Source: an uncultured Clostridium sp.
GTDB lineage: Bacteria > Bacillota > Clostridia > TANB77 > CAG-508
Length of the DNA: 64,000 bases
Direction: 5' to 3'
Assembly (NCBI GenBank): GCA_945865665.1
Contig: CAMBEE010000005.1
Location: 17,186 to 81,185, forward strand
Under the pieces are notes generated by a model. The model ran no database searches and was not told where the DNA came from. It saw nothing but the letters and a program-made list of their open reading frames with translations. The position numbers and the translations under genes were made by a program. Positions 52,584 through 63,760 of this stretch are shown piece by piece. Each line of letters begins with the position of its first letter. Position 1 is the stretch's first letter.

Positions 52584-53990
52584 TTATTCCCCCGTTCTTT
52601 TACTAATTTCCACTCCATTTTTTGTGTCTTTAATACTATATCCTTTTTGATTAATCAAATCTCTCAATTCATCTGATTTAGCCCAATCTTTATTTTCTCT
52701 TGCAGTTTTTCTTTGTTCAACTAACTCTAAAATTTCCTGTGGAATTTCTTCTTTTTCTGAATTCACTTCATCAATTTTAATTCCAAGAACTGTATCAAAT
52801 TTTGCAAGTAATTTTGCAACTTCTGGATTCTTTTTTTCGAATCTTGCAGTTTCCCAAACAAAGCTCATTGCAAGTGGCATATTCAAATCGTCATTTATTG
52901 CTTTATGGAAGTTTTCTTCTATTTTTGCTAATTTTTCCCTGTCTTCTGCTGTTAATTCGTCTGTTCCATTCAAGTTTATTTGATAACTATTGCGTAATCT
53001 TTCTAATGATTTTGATGCTGCATCTATACCTTCCCATGTGAAGTTTAATTTGTTTCTGTAATGGCAAGAATAGCTGAATAGTTTATATACAATAGGATCA
53101 TATCCTCTTTCTTTTATATCTTTTACTAGATATACATTTCCTAATGATTTTGACATTTTTCCACCATTTATAAGTAGATATTCTCCATGTAGCCAATATC
53201 TTGCTGGAATTTTACCACATTTTCCCTTGCTTTGTGCAATTTCATTTTCGTGATGTGTTGGTATTAAATCTATTCCACCTGTATGTATATCAAATTGGTC
53301 TCCTAAATATTTTTGTCCCATTGCTGAACATTCTATATGCCATCCTGGGTAACTTGACCCCCAAGGGCTATCCCATTTCATCAAATGATTTTCTGGGGCT
53401 TTTATCCATAATGCAAAATCATGTGGATTTCTTTTTTCAGGGTCAACTTCAACCCTTGCACCTGCTTTTTGATTTTCTACATCTAAGTTTGATAATATTG
53501 GGTATTTGTCTAACTTTGATATATCAAAATAAATTGCAGTTGATGTTTCATAGGCATATCCATTTTCCATTAGTTTTTCAACATATTCAAGCATTTCTTT
53601 TATATGGTCTGTTGCCTTGCATACTATTTCTGGTGTTTCTATATTTAATGATTTTAAATCGTCAAAAAACAATTTTGTATAATGTTCTGCTATTTGTAAT
53701 GGTGTTTTGTGCTCTTCTCTAGCTGATTTTAACATTTTGTCTTCGCCATCGTCACCATCTGACACTAGATGCCCAACATCTGTTATGTTCATTACATGTT
53801 TTATTTTATATCCATTGTAACGCAATGTTCTTCTTAATACATCTTGAAATATATTTGTTCTCATATTTCCTATTGTTGCATCTTTATATACTGTTGGTCC
53901 ACAAGAATATATTCTTATTTCTGTTGGGTCTAATGGTTCAAATTTGTCTTTTTTTCTTGTTAATGTATTATAAAAAAATATGTCCATTTT
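52584..53990 (-). CDS. cysS: cysteine--tRNA ligase
   Basis: CGPTVY region and KMSKSLGN motif. Start placed at MDIFFYNTL with RBS AAAGGAAC; the track ORF is 12 codons longer. Confidence 0.9.
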   Translation of the reverse strand, partial: KMDIFFYNTLTRKKDKFEPLDPTEIRIYSCGPTVYKDATIGNMRTNIFQDVLRRTLRYNGYKIKHVMNITDVGHLVSDGDDGEDKMLKSAREEHKTPLQIAEHYTKLFFDDLKSLNIETPEIVCKATDHIKEMLEYVEKLMENGYAYETSTAIYFDISKLDKYPILSNLDVENQKAGARVEVDPEKRNPHDFALWIKAPENHLMKWDSPWGSSYPGWHIECSAMGQKYLGDQFDIHTGGIDLIPTHHENEIAQSKGKCGKIPARYWLHGEYLLINGGKMSKSLGNVYLVKDIKERGYDPIVYKLFSYSCHYRNKLNFTWEGIDAASKSLERLRNSYQINLNGTDELTAEDREKLAKIEENFHKAINDDLNMPLAMSFVWETARFEKKNPEVAKLLAKFDTVLGIKIDEVNSEKEEIPQEILELVEQRKTARENKDWAKSDELRDLINQKGYSIKDTKNGVEISKRTGE

Positions 53991-54056
53991 TGTTCCTTTC
54001 TTTTTTCTATTTCTATATAGTTGCAAAAGAATTAAATTTTGGCAAGGAAAATTTCA

Positions 54057-54102
54057 TTTAAAAGGCAAGGGCGCATACGTTTGTATGTAACCGCGTTTTA
54101 AA
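54057..54102. repeat. 46-bp conserved hairpin element (copy 2), upstream of cysS
   Basis: TTTAAAAGGCAAGGGCGCATACGTTTGTATGTAACCGCGTTTTAAA; differs from copy 1 only in the loop. Confidence 0.7.
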
Positions 54103-54146
54103 CGAAATTTGACACAGCCAAAATTGTAATTATTTTGCAACATTTA

Positions 54147-56699
54147 TTACTCTGTAGTCTCATCAACACCAGTATCATTCTTATTAGGTTTCTCTATCGT
54201 ATTATTAGGTCCTGTTGTTGTATTTGTTTTATTCTCTACAACATTATTATTTGTTGTATTTGTTGCAGGAGCAACCGGTGTCTCTGCTGGTTTCTCTACT
54301 GGTTTTGTATGAATTGTACATACATCTTCTATTTTTTCACTAGCAACTTTTGACTGTTTAAGTGTATTCCATAATTTTAATTGTTCTTTTGGAATAACTC
54401 CGCCATAACTTACAGTCTTAACTTTGTCAGCTGGGCAATATTCATTTGCAACTTTTCCAGATTCTGTACATATTTTTTGTACTCCGTGACCTTGGCAAGT
54501 TTCTGGAATATTGTCTGCTGTAAATATCTCTGAATATGTGTTAGTACATGTTGTTGTTGCAATACATCCTGTATCTTTACATACTGTTTTTGTAACTATA
54601 CCAGTTGATGGTGTATTAAAGTTTTTGTTTGTTAATCCTTTATGAATATCTTTCATAATTGATGACCATATTTGTCCTGCTGGGTTTCTTCCGTCTACAC
54701 TATAAACTGTTTTTCCTAATTTTAATGGTTCAGGAGAATCATATCCCCACCAACAAGCAGCTGTATAATATGGTGTCATTCCACAAAGCCATCTATCTTT
54801 ATAGTCATCTGTTGAACCTGTTTTTGCACAAGTTTCCATTCCTGGGATTGCGCAATATGTTGCTGTACCACCACTTTGTGTAGGTTCTTTAACAATTGAC
54901 CTTGTTAAATATGCGTTTTGTTCTGAAATAACTTTTGTTTTTTCTTGTTTTGGCTCTAACACTACATTTCCATTGCTATCTACTACTTTCGTATAAAGTA
55001 TCGGTGTTGTATAAACACCGTCATTTGCAATTGAAGCATATGCTCCAGCCATCTCCAATGGTGTAATACCATTACTTAATCCACCTATTGAAAGTGATGG
55101 ATTATTATCTTTATCGTCATCTAATGTTGTTATTCCCATTTTTTTCAAATATTCTATTGATTTCTTTGGTGTTAATTCCATCATCACTTTTACCATAGGT
55201 ATATTTTGAGATGTTCTAATACAACTTCTAATATTTATAAGTCCTTTTGGATCGTTGTAATCACCTGGTTTATATCCTCCGCCAAAATCTGTTGTTGAAT
55301 CGTCATATATTGTTGCTGCAGTAATTACTTTTTCTTGTAATCCTGGAACTATATCTGCTAATGGTTTCATAGAAGAACCTGTTTGTCTTACCGCTTGTGT
55401 TCCCCTGTTTAATAATCCTACTGTTTTTTGTTCTCCTAAATTTCCACCTACTGCAACTACTTGGCTTGTTTCATTGTCTATTATTACAATTCCTGCTTGA
55501 GTATGGTCATTTTTTAATGTTCCATCAGGATTTTTCTCTTTTCCTGAAATTTGATATTTTGTCTTAGCTAATTCTTCTTCAACTCTTGCTTGAACTTTTG
55601 AATCTTCTGTTGAATATATTGTTAATCCGCTACTATATACATAATTTTCAGCTAAATCTCTTGAAATATTTTTTTCTTCCATTACTTGTTCAATTACTTG
55701 TTTTATTGTTGCATCTGTATGATATGAATAATTTGATGCGCCTGAGTATCCTTTTTCAAATGTTAAGCCAGCCTCAACTTTTGCAACTGCTGCATTATAT
55801 TCGTCTTCATTTTCTATCATACCTTGAGATTTCATTTCTTTTAGAACTGTTAGTGTTCTTTCTTTTCTTAAATTTGCTGTTTTCTCTTGGTCTAGTGATG
55901 TATCATATGGATTATATGCATTTGGTGAATTATTAATTCCTGCTAAAAATGCACACTCTGCTAAATCCAAGTCTTTTGCGCTCTTGTTAAAATAATATTG
56001 TGATGCAAGTTCAACTCCGTGAAGTTCATTTCCGCCTACAAATATTATATTCAAATATAATTCAAGAATTTGGTCTTTTGATATCATTCTTTCTACTTGT
56101 ACGGCTTTTGACCATTCTTTCATTTTTCTTACTACACCGGCAACTCCTGACCTAGCTTTATCTTTTGTTATATTTTTTACTAATTGTTGTGTTATTGAAC
56201 TTCCTCCATAAGAAGAATTTCCTGTTACTGCTCCAAGTATCGCTCCTGCTGTTCTTTTTATATCTACACCATTATGTGAGTAAAATCTTTTATCTTCTAT
56301 TGCCACATATGCTTTTGGTAAATATGGTGACATTTCACTTAATGATATTTTTTTTCTTTTTTCGTCACTACTTAAATTTGCGATTTCATTTCCTTCTTTG
56401 TCTAAAACTATTGTATTAGAATTTCCTACTATTAGTTCTTCTTTTGTTATTTCGAATTGGTCACCAAATAATCCGAAAAACATTGCTGCAACTATCCCTG
56501 CTCCTACTACACATAAAAGTAAGAATATTACTAATAATATTTTTAAGAACATTTTGAATTTTGGATTCATTTTTTTCTTTTTGCGTGCTTTTGCTGTTGT
56601 TTTATTGCTTGGTCTTTTTGTATTTGTTCTTGTATTGTTTATCCTTGTTTTGCTTGTATTTTTTTGATATCTATTGTTTCTATTATTACTGTTTGGCAT
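54147..56699 (-). CDS. class A penicillin-binding protein (transglycosylase + transpeptidase)
   Basis: Transglycosylase motifs (EDKRFYSH, ITQQLVKN), transpeptidase SxxK/SxN/KTG motifs, membrane anchor. Basic Asn/Arg-rich N-terminal 43 aa may be over-extension; alternative start MNPKFKMF. Confidence 0.9.
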   Translation of the reverse strand: MPNSNNRNNRYQKNTSKTRINNTRTNTKRPSNKTTAKARKKKKMNPKFKMFLKILLVIFLLLCVVGAGIVAAMFFGLFGDQFEITKEELIVGNSNTIVLDKEGNEIANLSSDEKRKKISLSEMSPYLPKAYVAIEDKRFYSHNGVDIKRTAGAILGAVTGNSSYGGSSITQQLVKNITKDKARSGVAGVVRKMKEWSKAVQVERMISKDQILELYLNIIFVGGNELHGVELASQYYFNKSAKDLDLAECAFLAGINNSPNAYNPYDTSLDQEKTANLRKERTLTVLKEMKSQGMIENEDEYNAAVAKVEAGLTFEKGYSGASNYSYHTDATIKQVIEQVMEEKNISRDLAENYVYSSGLTIYSTEDSKVQARVEEELAKTKYQISGKEKNPDGTLKNDHTQAGIVIIDNETSQVVAVGGNLGEQKTVGLLNRGTQAVRQTGSSMKPLADIVPGLQEKVITAATIYDDSTTDFGGGYKPGDYNDPKGLINIRSCIRTSQNIPMVKVMMELTPKKSIEYLKKMGITTLDDDKDNNPSLSIGGLSNGITPLEMAGAYASIANDGVYTTPILYTKVVDSNGNVVLEPKQEKTKVISEQNAYLTRSIVKEPTQSGGTATYCAIPGMETCAKTGSTDDYKDRWLCGMTPYYTAACWWGYDSPEPLKLGKTVYSVDGRNPAGQIWSSIMKDIHKGLTNKNFNTPSTGIVTKTVCKDTGCIATTTCTNTYSEIFTADNIPETCQGHGVQKICTESGKVANEYCPADKVKTVSYGGVIPKEQLKLWNTLKQSKVASEKIEDVCTIHTKPVEKPAETPVAPATNTTNNNVVENKTNTTTGPNNTIEKPNKNDTGVDETTE

Positions 56700-56786
56700 T
56701 TTATGTACCTCCTTGCCAATATTTGAATTAACACCTCTATTATATTATACTTTTTTATAAATTAAAAGAGTTTAGGAAAAAATTTT

Positions 56787-57623
56787 TTAAATAGTACCAT
56801 TATTTAAATATAATTTTTTTATTACAATTTTATCTCTGTTTATTTCCTGCAGTATTGCATCTATTCCCTGTTTTTTATACAACTTAGACTCATACAAATC
56901 TCTTAAATAGAATTTACCACTATAAGCACAAATATCTTTTTTATCATCTCTAAAATCAATTTCATAATTATTAATATTAAGGCCATTAAATCTTTTTTGA
57001 ATGATTTTCATTTTTCCTCTTAGATTAATTATATTGCTATCTTCTTTTATTCTATATTTATTTAATAATTCTTTAGGAAAATCAACATTTATAATAATAT
57101 TTGACTTCATTAGACTTTTCTTTTTATTATTAGTGATTGTAATTATCACCCCTTCTTCTTGTAGTTTTTCCTCTAATTTCGTGAATTTCTCTATATGATT
57201 TGTTACAATATTTATTGTTTTGTATTTTATTGCAAGAGTCTTTATGTTTCTTAGTTCTATTTCTGTTAAATCATTTATCAATATTGATATATTTGCTTTT
57301 TCTATTTTCTTTTTATGTATCAAATATTCAACTATATTTGTTAACAATATTTCAAATAGCCACCTTCCATTTGCAATTTGTATTCCATATGAATTTAAAT
57401 AATTTACAAATTGAACTTCTTCTTGTGCTTGTTTGCTTAATACTGCCTTTTTGCTATTTGATAATTTGTTTATTATTTTATTTGTTTTTTGAGCAAGTTT
57501 TTCTATTTGCTTACTTGTTGTTTTTTCGCAAATTGGCACTGTTATGGTGTTGTTTTCAACTTTTATCAATTTTAAAATTCTTACTAACCTGTTAGGCTTG
57601 TCATTTTTTTCTATATAAAACAT
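56787..57623 (-). CDS. hypothetical protein (278 aa)
   Basis: Open ORF between the PBP gene and truB with no recognised motif. Confidence 0.45.
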   Translation of the reverse strand: MFYIEKNDKPNRLVRILKLIKVENNTITVPICEKTTSKQIEKLAQKTNKIINKLSNSKKAVLSKQAQEEVQFVNYLNSYGIQIANGRWLFEILLTNIVEYLIHKKKIEKANISILINDLTEIELRNIKTLAIKYKTINIVTNHIEKFTKLEEKLQEEGVIITITNNKKKSLMKSNIIINVDFPKELLNKYRIKEDSNIINLRGKMKIIQKRFNGLNINNYEIDFRDDKKDICAYSGKFYLRDLYESKLYKKQGIDAILQEINRDKIVIKKLYLNNGTI

Positions 57624-57745
57624 AAAAACACCTCATATCTTTTTTATAAAATATATGCGGTGTTCTATTTTTTATGAAATATTTATTTTAAGTTTTCTTT
57701 TCAATCTTCTAGTTATTTTAATATTATTATAGATTGATAATATTT

Positions 57746-58705
57746 TTACAATATAATATCTCTTTTTAAGAGCTTATCCTTTATAGTCCCTGTTCCAATA
57801 AATTTACATGTATTATAACTTGTACGGCTATATATTTTGTAGACCCCATCATCATATTTTTGTGTAAGCATAACTCCATTTAAAAAAAGTTCTAACTTTC
57901 TATTGTCTAATTCTATTGATAGCGAATTTTTAAATATACTTTCAACTGATATTATTTTGTTGTTTAAAATTTCTGTTGTTGTTACATTTTCTATATTTTC
58001 ATTATCATTTTTATCAATTTTTGTATCATTTATCTTATTGCTTTTTGAATTTTGAATAATATTATTTAATTCGTCTATTGTTATACTATCTTCAATTTTA
58101 AAGTCTCCAACTTGTATTCTTTTAAGTGATTTCATGTATCCAACTGTTTCAAATTTAGTAGCAATATCTTCACATAGACTTCTAATATATGTACCTTTTC
58201 CACAAGATACTTCGAATTTTATTTGTTTTTTTTCTGGTGAATAGTCAATTAAATCTATATTATAAATTTCTATTTGTCTTGGTTTTAATTCAACTTGTTG
58301 ACCTTTTCTTGCATATTCATATAGTTTTTTTCCATTCACTTTTATTGCAGAATAAATTGGTGGTACTTGCTCTTGCTTTCCTATAAATGTATCTAATATA
58401 TTCGTTATATTTTCATTCGTTAAAAGGCTTTCTTTTACTTGTTGTTCTTCAATTACTTTTCCTTCTGAGTCTGCTGTGTCTGTTTTTATTCCCAATTGTA
58501 ATTCAACAATGTATTTTTTATCATGATTTATTAGGTATTTTGAAAGCAATGTTCCTTTTCCGATTAAAATTGGTAACACTCCTTCTGCCATTGGGTCTAG
58601 CGTTCCGGTATGCCCTACTTTTTCGTTTAGCATCTTTTTTATTTTATATACAATGTCATGTGATGTGCATCCTTTTGTTTTGTTTATGATTATTATTCCG
58701 TCCAT
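57746..58705 (-). CDS. truB: tRNA pseudouridine(55) synthase
   Basis: GHTGTLDPMAEGVLPI catalytic motif; C-terminal PUA-like extension. Confidence 0.9.
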   Translation of the reverse strand: MDGIIIINKTKGCTSHDIVYKIKKMLNEKVGHTGTLDPMAEGVLPILIGKGTLLSKYLINHDKKYIVELQLGIKTDTADSEGKVIEEQQVKESLLTNENITNILDTFIGKQEQVPPIYSAIKVNGKKLYEYARKGQQVELKPRQIEIYNIDLIDYSPEKKQIKFEVSCGKGTYIRSLCEDIATKFETVGYMKSLKRIQVGDFKIEDSITIDELNNIIQNSKSNKINDTKIDKNDNENIENVTTTEILNNKIISVESIFKNSLSIELDNRKLELFLNGVMLTQKYDDGVYKIYSRTSYNTCKFIGTGTIKDKLLKRDIIL

Positions 58706-58723
58706 ATTTTCCTTTCTAAAAAT

Positions 58724-58793
58724 CGGGATAGGGGGACGGGTCTTTAATCCCTAAAAAATTTTTTAGGGATTAAAGACCCGTCCCCCTATCCCG
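58724..58793. repeat. Family-1 palindromic repeat, tandem inverted pair
   Basis: CGGGATAGGGGGACGGGTCTTTAATCCC-A6T6-GGGATTAAAGACCCGTCCCCCTATCCCG between nrnA stop and truB start. Confidence 0.75.
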
Positions 58794-58798
58794 ATTTT

Positions 58799-59755
58799 TT
58801 ATTTTAATACTTTTCTTATTTCTTTCATAACTTTTTGTTTTACTTGTTCAACGTCTCCTTGAGCTATAGCTCCTGCTGCTTTTTCGTGACCTCCGCCACC
58901 AAACATCATGCATATATCAGAAACATTAACATAGTCATTTGAACGCATAGAAATTTTATATGTATTTTCGTCATCATCCTTTTGTCTAATAAATACTGAA
59001 ACTTCAACACCTTCAACATCTCTACCTATCTCAACTAATCCTTCGTGGTCTCCTATTCCAGCATTTACTTCTTCCAAGTCTTTATTTGTTATATATGTAA
59101 AAGTAACTTTTCCATCTTCTAGGAATTCCATTCTGTCTATTGTTCTTCTCATTAATTCAAAGTTAGCTTTTGTTTTTGTTTCTAAAACTCTTTTATAAAT
59201 ATCTGAAACATTAACACCTTTTTCTAGTAATTCCGCTGTAAATTCAAATGTTTCAGGTGTTACTCCTGAATATCTGAATCCACCTGTGTCTGTAATGATT
59301 CCTGTTAATATACATGTTCCTAACTCTTTGTCTATGTTGATATTAAAGTATTGGAACATTCCTATTAATATTTGGCAACAAGCTGGTGCAACTGGATTTA
59401 CAAAGTTAATATCTCCATACATTTTGTTACTGCTGTGGTGGTCTATTACTATTGTTTGTTTTGCCTTTTCAAAATATTCATTTCCTACTAGCCTTTTGAA
59501 GTCCGCGCAGTCCAAGCTTATTGCTAAGTCATATCTTTCTACATCTGAATCTATTTTTATTTCTTCCCTTCCAGGTAGAAAGTCAAATATTTTTGGAACT
59601 TCTCTTATTATTACATCAGCATTTTTTCCTAGTTGTTTTAAGGCAACTCTCATAGCTAAACAACTTCCAATTGCATCTCCATCTGGTGTTTCATGTGCCA
59701 TTATTACTATTGTTTCAGCTTTTTTTATTTCTTCTAATATATTATCTAAAGTCAT
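58799..59755 (-). CDS. nrnA: bifunctional oligoribonuclease / pAp phosphatase NrnA (DHH-DHHA1)
   Basis: DHH motifs (HETPDGDAIGS, DHH), DHHA1 GGGH. Start placed at MTLDNIL (RBS GGAG); track ORF starts 7 codons earlier. Confidence 0.85.
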   Translation of the reverse strand: MTLDNILEEIKKAETIVIMAHETPDGDAIGSCLAMRVALKQLGKNADVIIREVPKIFDFLPGREEIKIDSDVERYDLAISLDCADFKRLVGNEYFEKAKQTIVIDHHSSNKMYGDINFVNPVAPACCQILIGMFQYFNINIDKELGTCILTGIITDTGGFRYSGVTPETFEFTAELLEKGVNVSDIYKRVLETKTKANFELMRRTIDRMEFLEDGKVTFTYITNKDLEEVNAGIGDHEGLVEIGRDVEGVEVSVFIRQKDDDENTYKISMRSNDYVNVSDICMMFGGGGHEKAAGAIAQGDVEQVKQKVMKEIRKVLK

Positions 59756-59780
59756 AATTTTCTCCATTCCTGTCATTTTT

Positions 59781-60010
59781 GTGAACCAATGGGGACGTTG
59801 TTAAATTGGTTGAATTACTAAATGTGTTTACTAATTAAAATTTTTTATATATTAGGAAAGTTATGCAACTTTCCTAATATATAAAATTACATTGCACAGA
59901 AAATTTATTTCATAAATTTTCGCGCACGAACAAATTTACTGAAAATTGAAAATTTTCAGATTTGTTCTTTTAAATTTTCAACCAATTTAACAACGTCCCC
60001 ATTGGTTCAC
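59781..60010. repeat. Family-3 MITE-like element (230 bp) bounded by perfect 33-bp inverted repeats
   Basis: GTGAACCAATGGGGACGTTGTTAAATTGGTTGA ... TCAACCAATTTAACAACGTCCCCATTGGTTCAC, with internal palindromes and no ORF. It sits between rbfA stop and nrnA start. Confidence 0.75.
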
Positions 60011-60019
60011 TTTGACAAT

Positions 60020-60376
60020 TTATTTGTTTGGCATTATTTCTTTTAATATTGAATCTATTTTTGCTCCATATTCCATTGAATCATCTATTTCAAATATCAA
60101 TTCTGGTGTGTTTCTTAAATTTATTCTTTTTGCCAATTCTGTTCTTATAAATCCTGATGATTTTTTAAGTCCTTCCATTGTGTCTTTTATATTTTTTGAA
60201 TTGAATATACTTACATATACTTTTGCATATTTCAAGTCTGGTGTTACTTTTACTTTTGTAACACTTATCATTCCTGTAATGCTTGAATTTTTTAATTCAA
60301 AACCAATAATTTGACTTAATTCTTTTCTGTATTCTTCGTCAATACGTCCCATTCTGTTATTGTTTTTATTAGGCAT
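60020..60376 (-). CDS. rbfA: ribosome-binding factor A
   Basis: 118 aa, KH-like fold signature (VTKVKVTPDLKYAKVYVS). Confidence 0.9.
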   Translation of the reverse strand: MPNKNNNRMGRIDEEYRKELSQIIGFELKNSSITGMISVTKVKVTPDLKYAKVYVSIFNSKNIKDTMEGLKKSSGFIRTELAKRINLRNTPELIFEIDDSMEYGAKIDSILKEIMPNK

Positions 60377-60406
60377 TTTGTCTACCTCCTCTTAATTGCA
60401 TTTTTT

Positions 60407-60435
60407 CGGGATTGGAGACCCGTCCCCTAATCCCG
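60407..60435. repeat. Family-1 palindromic repeat in the infB-rbfA spacer
   Basis: CGGGATTGGAGACCCGTCCCCTAATCCCG; no U-run follows on the transcribed (minus) strand. Confidence 0.7.
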
Positions 60436-60441
60436 ATTTTT

Positions 60442-63400
60442 TTATCTTTTTATCTCTTCCATGATATATACTTCAATGATATCTCCCTCTTTAACATCAT
60501 TGTAGTTTTCAATTTGCATACCACATTCAAATCCCTTTGTTACTTCTTTAGCATCATCCTTGAATCTCTTCAATGTAGCAAGTTTTCCTTCATGAATTAC
60601 AACATTATCTCTAATAACTCTAACTCCGGCATTTCTTTCAACTTTACCTGATAGAACATAAGCACCTGCAATTGTTCCAACATTTGATATTCTAAATGTT
60701 TGTCTTACTTCTGCATTTCCTATTACTTTTTCTTCATATTTTGGTGCTAACATTCCCTTCATTGCAGCTTCAACTTCTTCTATTGCTTGGTAAATTACTG
60801 AGTATTGTTTAATTTGTACTTCTTCTTTTTCTGCCATTTCTTTTGCTGCTGGTATTGGTCTAACATTGAATGCGATTATTATTGCATTTGATACTTTTGC
60901 AAGTGTTACATCTGATTCGTTGACTGCTCCTGGTGCTGCATGGATAACTTTTACTCTTACTTCTTCATTTTGTAATTTTTCCATTGATTGTTTAACAGCT
61001 TCTACAGATCCTTGAACATCTGCTTTTACAATTAAGTTTAATACTTTTAAATTTCCTTCTTCCATTTGTTCAAATAAATTATCAAGTGTAACTTTTGTTC
61101 CAGCTCCAATTGATTTTTCTCTAGCTTCACGTTTTCTCTTTTCGATTAAGTGTTTAGCTGTTTTTTCGTCTTTTACTTCGTAGAATGTATCTCCAGCTTC
61201 TGGCACTTCTGTTAATCCCATTATTTCTACTGGTGTTGATGGTCCTGCTGATTTTACTTTTTTACCGTTTTCGTTTGTCATTGCTCTTATTCTACCAATT
61301 GAAGAACCAACAATTATTGTATCTCCAACATCTAGTTTTCCTCTTTGTACAAGCATTGTTGCTATTGCACCTTTACCTTTATCAAGTCTTGCTTCTATAA
61401 CAACACCTTTTGCTTGTTTATTTGGATTTGCTTTTAATTCTAGTACATCGGCTTCTAATAATACCATTTCTAATAATTGGTCAATGTTTATGTTATTTTT
61501 AGCAGAGATTGGTACACATATTGTGTCACCACCCCATTCTTCTGGTACTAATTCATAGTTCATTAATTCTTGTTTTACCTTGTCAACATTTGCGTCTGGT
61601 AAATCAATTTTGTTTATTGCAACTATAATTGGTATTCCTGCTGATTTTGCATGGTTTATAGCTTCAACTGTTTGTGGCATTATACCATCATTTGCTGCAA
61701 CTACTAATATTGCTATATCAGTTATTTGAGCACCTCTTGCTCTCATTGCTGTAAATGCTTCATGTCCTGGTGTATCTAAGAATGTGATTTCTCTATCATT
61801 TACTTTAACTTTGTAAGCACCAATTGCTTGTGTGATTCCACCTGCTTCTCCACCAATTACATTTGTTTTTCTAATAGTGTCAAGTAATGATGTTTTACCA
61901 TGGTCAACGTGTCCCATAACAACAACTACTGGTGGTCTTACTTCTAAGTCTTCTTCTTTATCTTCAGAATCATCAAATAAGATATCTTCGTCTGTTACAG
62001 TTTCTTTCTTTTTAGCTGTTATTCCAAATTCTCCAGCAACCAAAAATGCTGTATCAAAATCTAAGTCTTGGTTGATTGTAGCCATAATTCCATATCCAAA
62101 TAATTTTTTAATAACTTCTGCAGTTGTTTTCTTCATTTCTGCTGCTAAGTCTTTTACTGATATTGTATCTGGTATTTCAATTTCTGTTAATTCAAATATT
62201 TTTTGTTTATTTCTTTCTTCATTTTTAACTTGTTTTTTCTTGCCTTTTCTGCCTCTTTGTGTTGTTAAATCATAGTAATCAAGCATTCCACCATCTTGGT
62301 CTTCAAACATATTTGATAATTTGCTTGTTTGTTTTAATGATTTTAATTTTCCCTCGTCAAAGCTATTTTCACTTCTTCTTGATTTTGATTTTTTGTTTTT
62401 GTTATCATCAAATCTATTATTTAATTTTTGTTTATCGATATTTTTACTATAATCTCTAACAACCTCTTTTTCAACAGTATCAACAGCCATTATGTTTTTA
62501 ATGTTCTTTTCAATTCCTTTTTCGTCTAATGGTCTTCTGTTATAATTATTTCCATTATAATTATTTTTATTATTGAAGTTTACATTATCTTTTTTGAAAT
62601 TATTTCTGTTATTTGAATTGTTAAATTCACCATTTCTATTGTTATTAAATCTGCTATTTCTGTTATCAAAACCATTTTTATTTTCAAAATTATTTCTATT
62701 TTCAAAACCGCTTCTGTTTTCAGAATTATTTCTATTATTGAAATTATTTCTGTTGTTTTGATTGTTTCTTGAATTACCATTTCTATTATTAAAATTATTT
62801 TTACTAAAGTTATTAGTTCTTTCTGAATTATTGAAATTTCCATTATTTCTTTTTTCTGCTACTTGTGATTGCATTGCTAAATTACTATCCCCTTGTCTTT
62901 TAATTTCTTCTTTTTTTACTGGCTCTATTTGTGCCTGTTCTTTTACATTTTTACTTTTTACTTCTTCTTTTACAACTTCTTTCTTTGGTTCTGGCTTATT
63001 AAGTCCAAACAATTCATTAACAGTTTTAGGTTTATTGGGCTTATTTCTATAAACTATATTAAAATCTTTATTTTGTTTTCTTTCAACTATCCCTATATTG
63101 CTTTTATTTTCTTTTTTTGTTTTATTATTTTTTTTATTATCTTCATCATTTATAATAACTTCTCTTCTTATTATAACTGGTGCTTTTTCTTCTTTTTTTG
63201 ATGTATTACTTGGTTTTACATCTTTTTTTGGTACAGAAACATTTTGTTTTACATCTTTTTTTGAGGTCATTTCTGGTTTTGAATCAGATTTTTTTGATAA
63301 GCTATTTTCTATTTTTCTAGCTTCTTCTTCTTCTACACCACTCATATGACTTTTAACTTCTATATTTAGTTTTTGTGCCATCTCTAATACTTCTTTACTG

Positions 63401-63489
63401 GCTAAGCCTAGCTTTTTTGCTATTTCATAAATTTTTACCTTACCCAATAACATCACCCCCATCGTATTTTTTTTGAATTGAATTTGCAA
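60442..63489 (-). CDS. infB: translation initiation factor IF-2, with an Asn/Arg-rich low-complexity insert
   Basis: Conserved N-terminus [17 protein letters not shown]-domain ([17 protein letters not shown]), C-terminal beta-barrels. The real start is probably 63453 or 63462; the 63489 track start is TTG. About 120 aa of NRN/NFN low-complexity is encoded around 62500-62880. Confidence 0.95.
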   Translation of the reverse strand: MQIQFKKNTMGVMLLGKVKIYEIAKKLGLASKEVLEMAQKLNIEVKSHMSGVEEEEARKIENSLSKKSDSKPEMTSKKDVKQNVSVPKKDVKPSNTSKKEEKAPVIIRREVIINDEDNKKNNKTKKENKSNIGIVERKQNKDFNIVYRNKPNKPKTVNELFGLNKPEPKKEVVKEEVKSKNVKEQAQIEPVKKEEIKRQGDSNLAMQSQVAEKRNNGNFNNSERTNNFSKNNFNNRNGNSRNNQNNRNNFNNRNNSENRSGFENRNNFENKNGFDNRNSRFNNNRNGEFNNSNNRNNFKKDNVNFNNKNNYNGNNYNRRPLDEKGIEKNIKNIMAVDTVEKEVVRDYSKNIDKQKLNNRFDDNKNKKSKSRRSENSFDEGKLKSLKQTSKLSNMFEDQDGGMLDYYDLTTQRGRKGKKKQVKNEERNKQKIFELTEIEIPDTISVKDLAAEMKKTTAEVIKKLFGYGIMATINQDLDFDTAFLVAGEFGITAKKKETVTDEDILFDDSEDKEEDLEVRPPVVVVMGHVDHGKTSLLDTIRKTNVIGGEAGGITQAIGAYKVKVNDREITFLDTPGHEAFTAMRARGAQITDIAILVVAANDGIMPQTVEAINHAKSAGIPIIVAINKIDLPDANVDKVKQELMNYELVPEEWGGDTICVPISAKNNINIDQLLEMVLLEADVLELKANPNKQAKGVVIEARLDKGKGAIATMLVQRGKLDVGDTIIVGSSIGRIRAMTNENGKKVKSAGPSTPVEIMGLTEVPEAGDTFYEVKDEKTAKHLIEKRKREAREKSIGAGTKVTLDNLFEQMEEGNLKVLNLIVKADVQGSVEAVKQSMEKLQNEEVRVKVIHAAPGAVNESDVTLAKVSNAIIIAFNVRPIPAAKEMAEKEEVQIKQYSVIYQAIEEVEAAMKGMLAPKYEEKVIGNAEVRQTFRISNVGTIAGAYVLSGKVERNAGVRVIRDNVVIHEGKLATLKRFKDDAKEVTKGFECGMQIENYNDVKEGDIIEVYIMEEIKR

Positions 63490-63760
63490 AATTTATATCT
63501 TTTATACCAATTACAGCTTTGTTACTTTTTCCTATCGTTTTGCTTAATTCATCAATAGTCCCATCTATTATTATTGGTATTTTATAATTCTCACATAATT
63601 TTATAAATTTACTTTTTGTTCTTTCTGAACTCTCATTAGAAACTATTATTAACTTTGCTTTTCTTTTTGTTATAGTTTCTTCAACACTATCTGCTCCAAA
63701 TGCTACTTTTCCGGCTTTCATTGCTAGTCCAATTAGTCCTAATATATTATTATTTATCAA
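63440..63760 (-). CDS. ylxQ: L7Ae-family RNA-binding protein (YlxQ-like)
   Basis: 106 aa, L7Ae fold signature, conserved position between ylxR and infB. Confidence 0.8.
   Translation of the reverse strand: MINNNILGLIGLAMKAGKVAFGADSVEETITKRKAKLIIVSNESSERTKSKFIKLCENYKIPIIIDGTIDELSKTIGKSNKAVIGIKDINFANSIQKKYDGGDVIG

Noticed and set aside
54030-54140. The 46-bp element read as a degenerate T-box (it contains ACCGCG)
   Set aside because: The ACCGCG lies on the non-transcribed strand for cysS and pheT, and the surrounding sequence does not match the T-box consensus.
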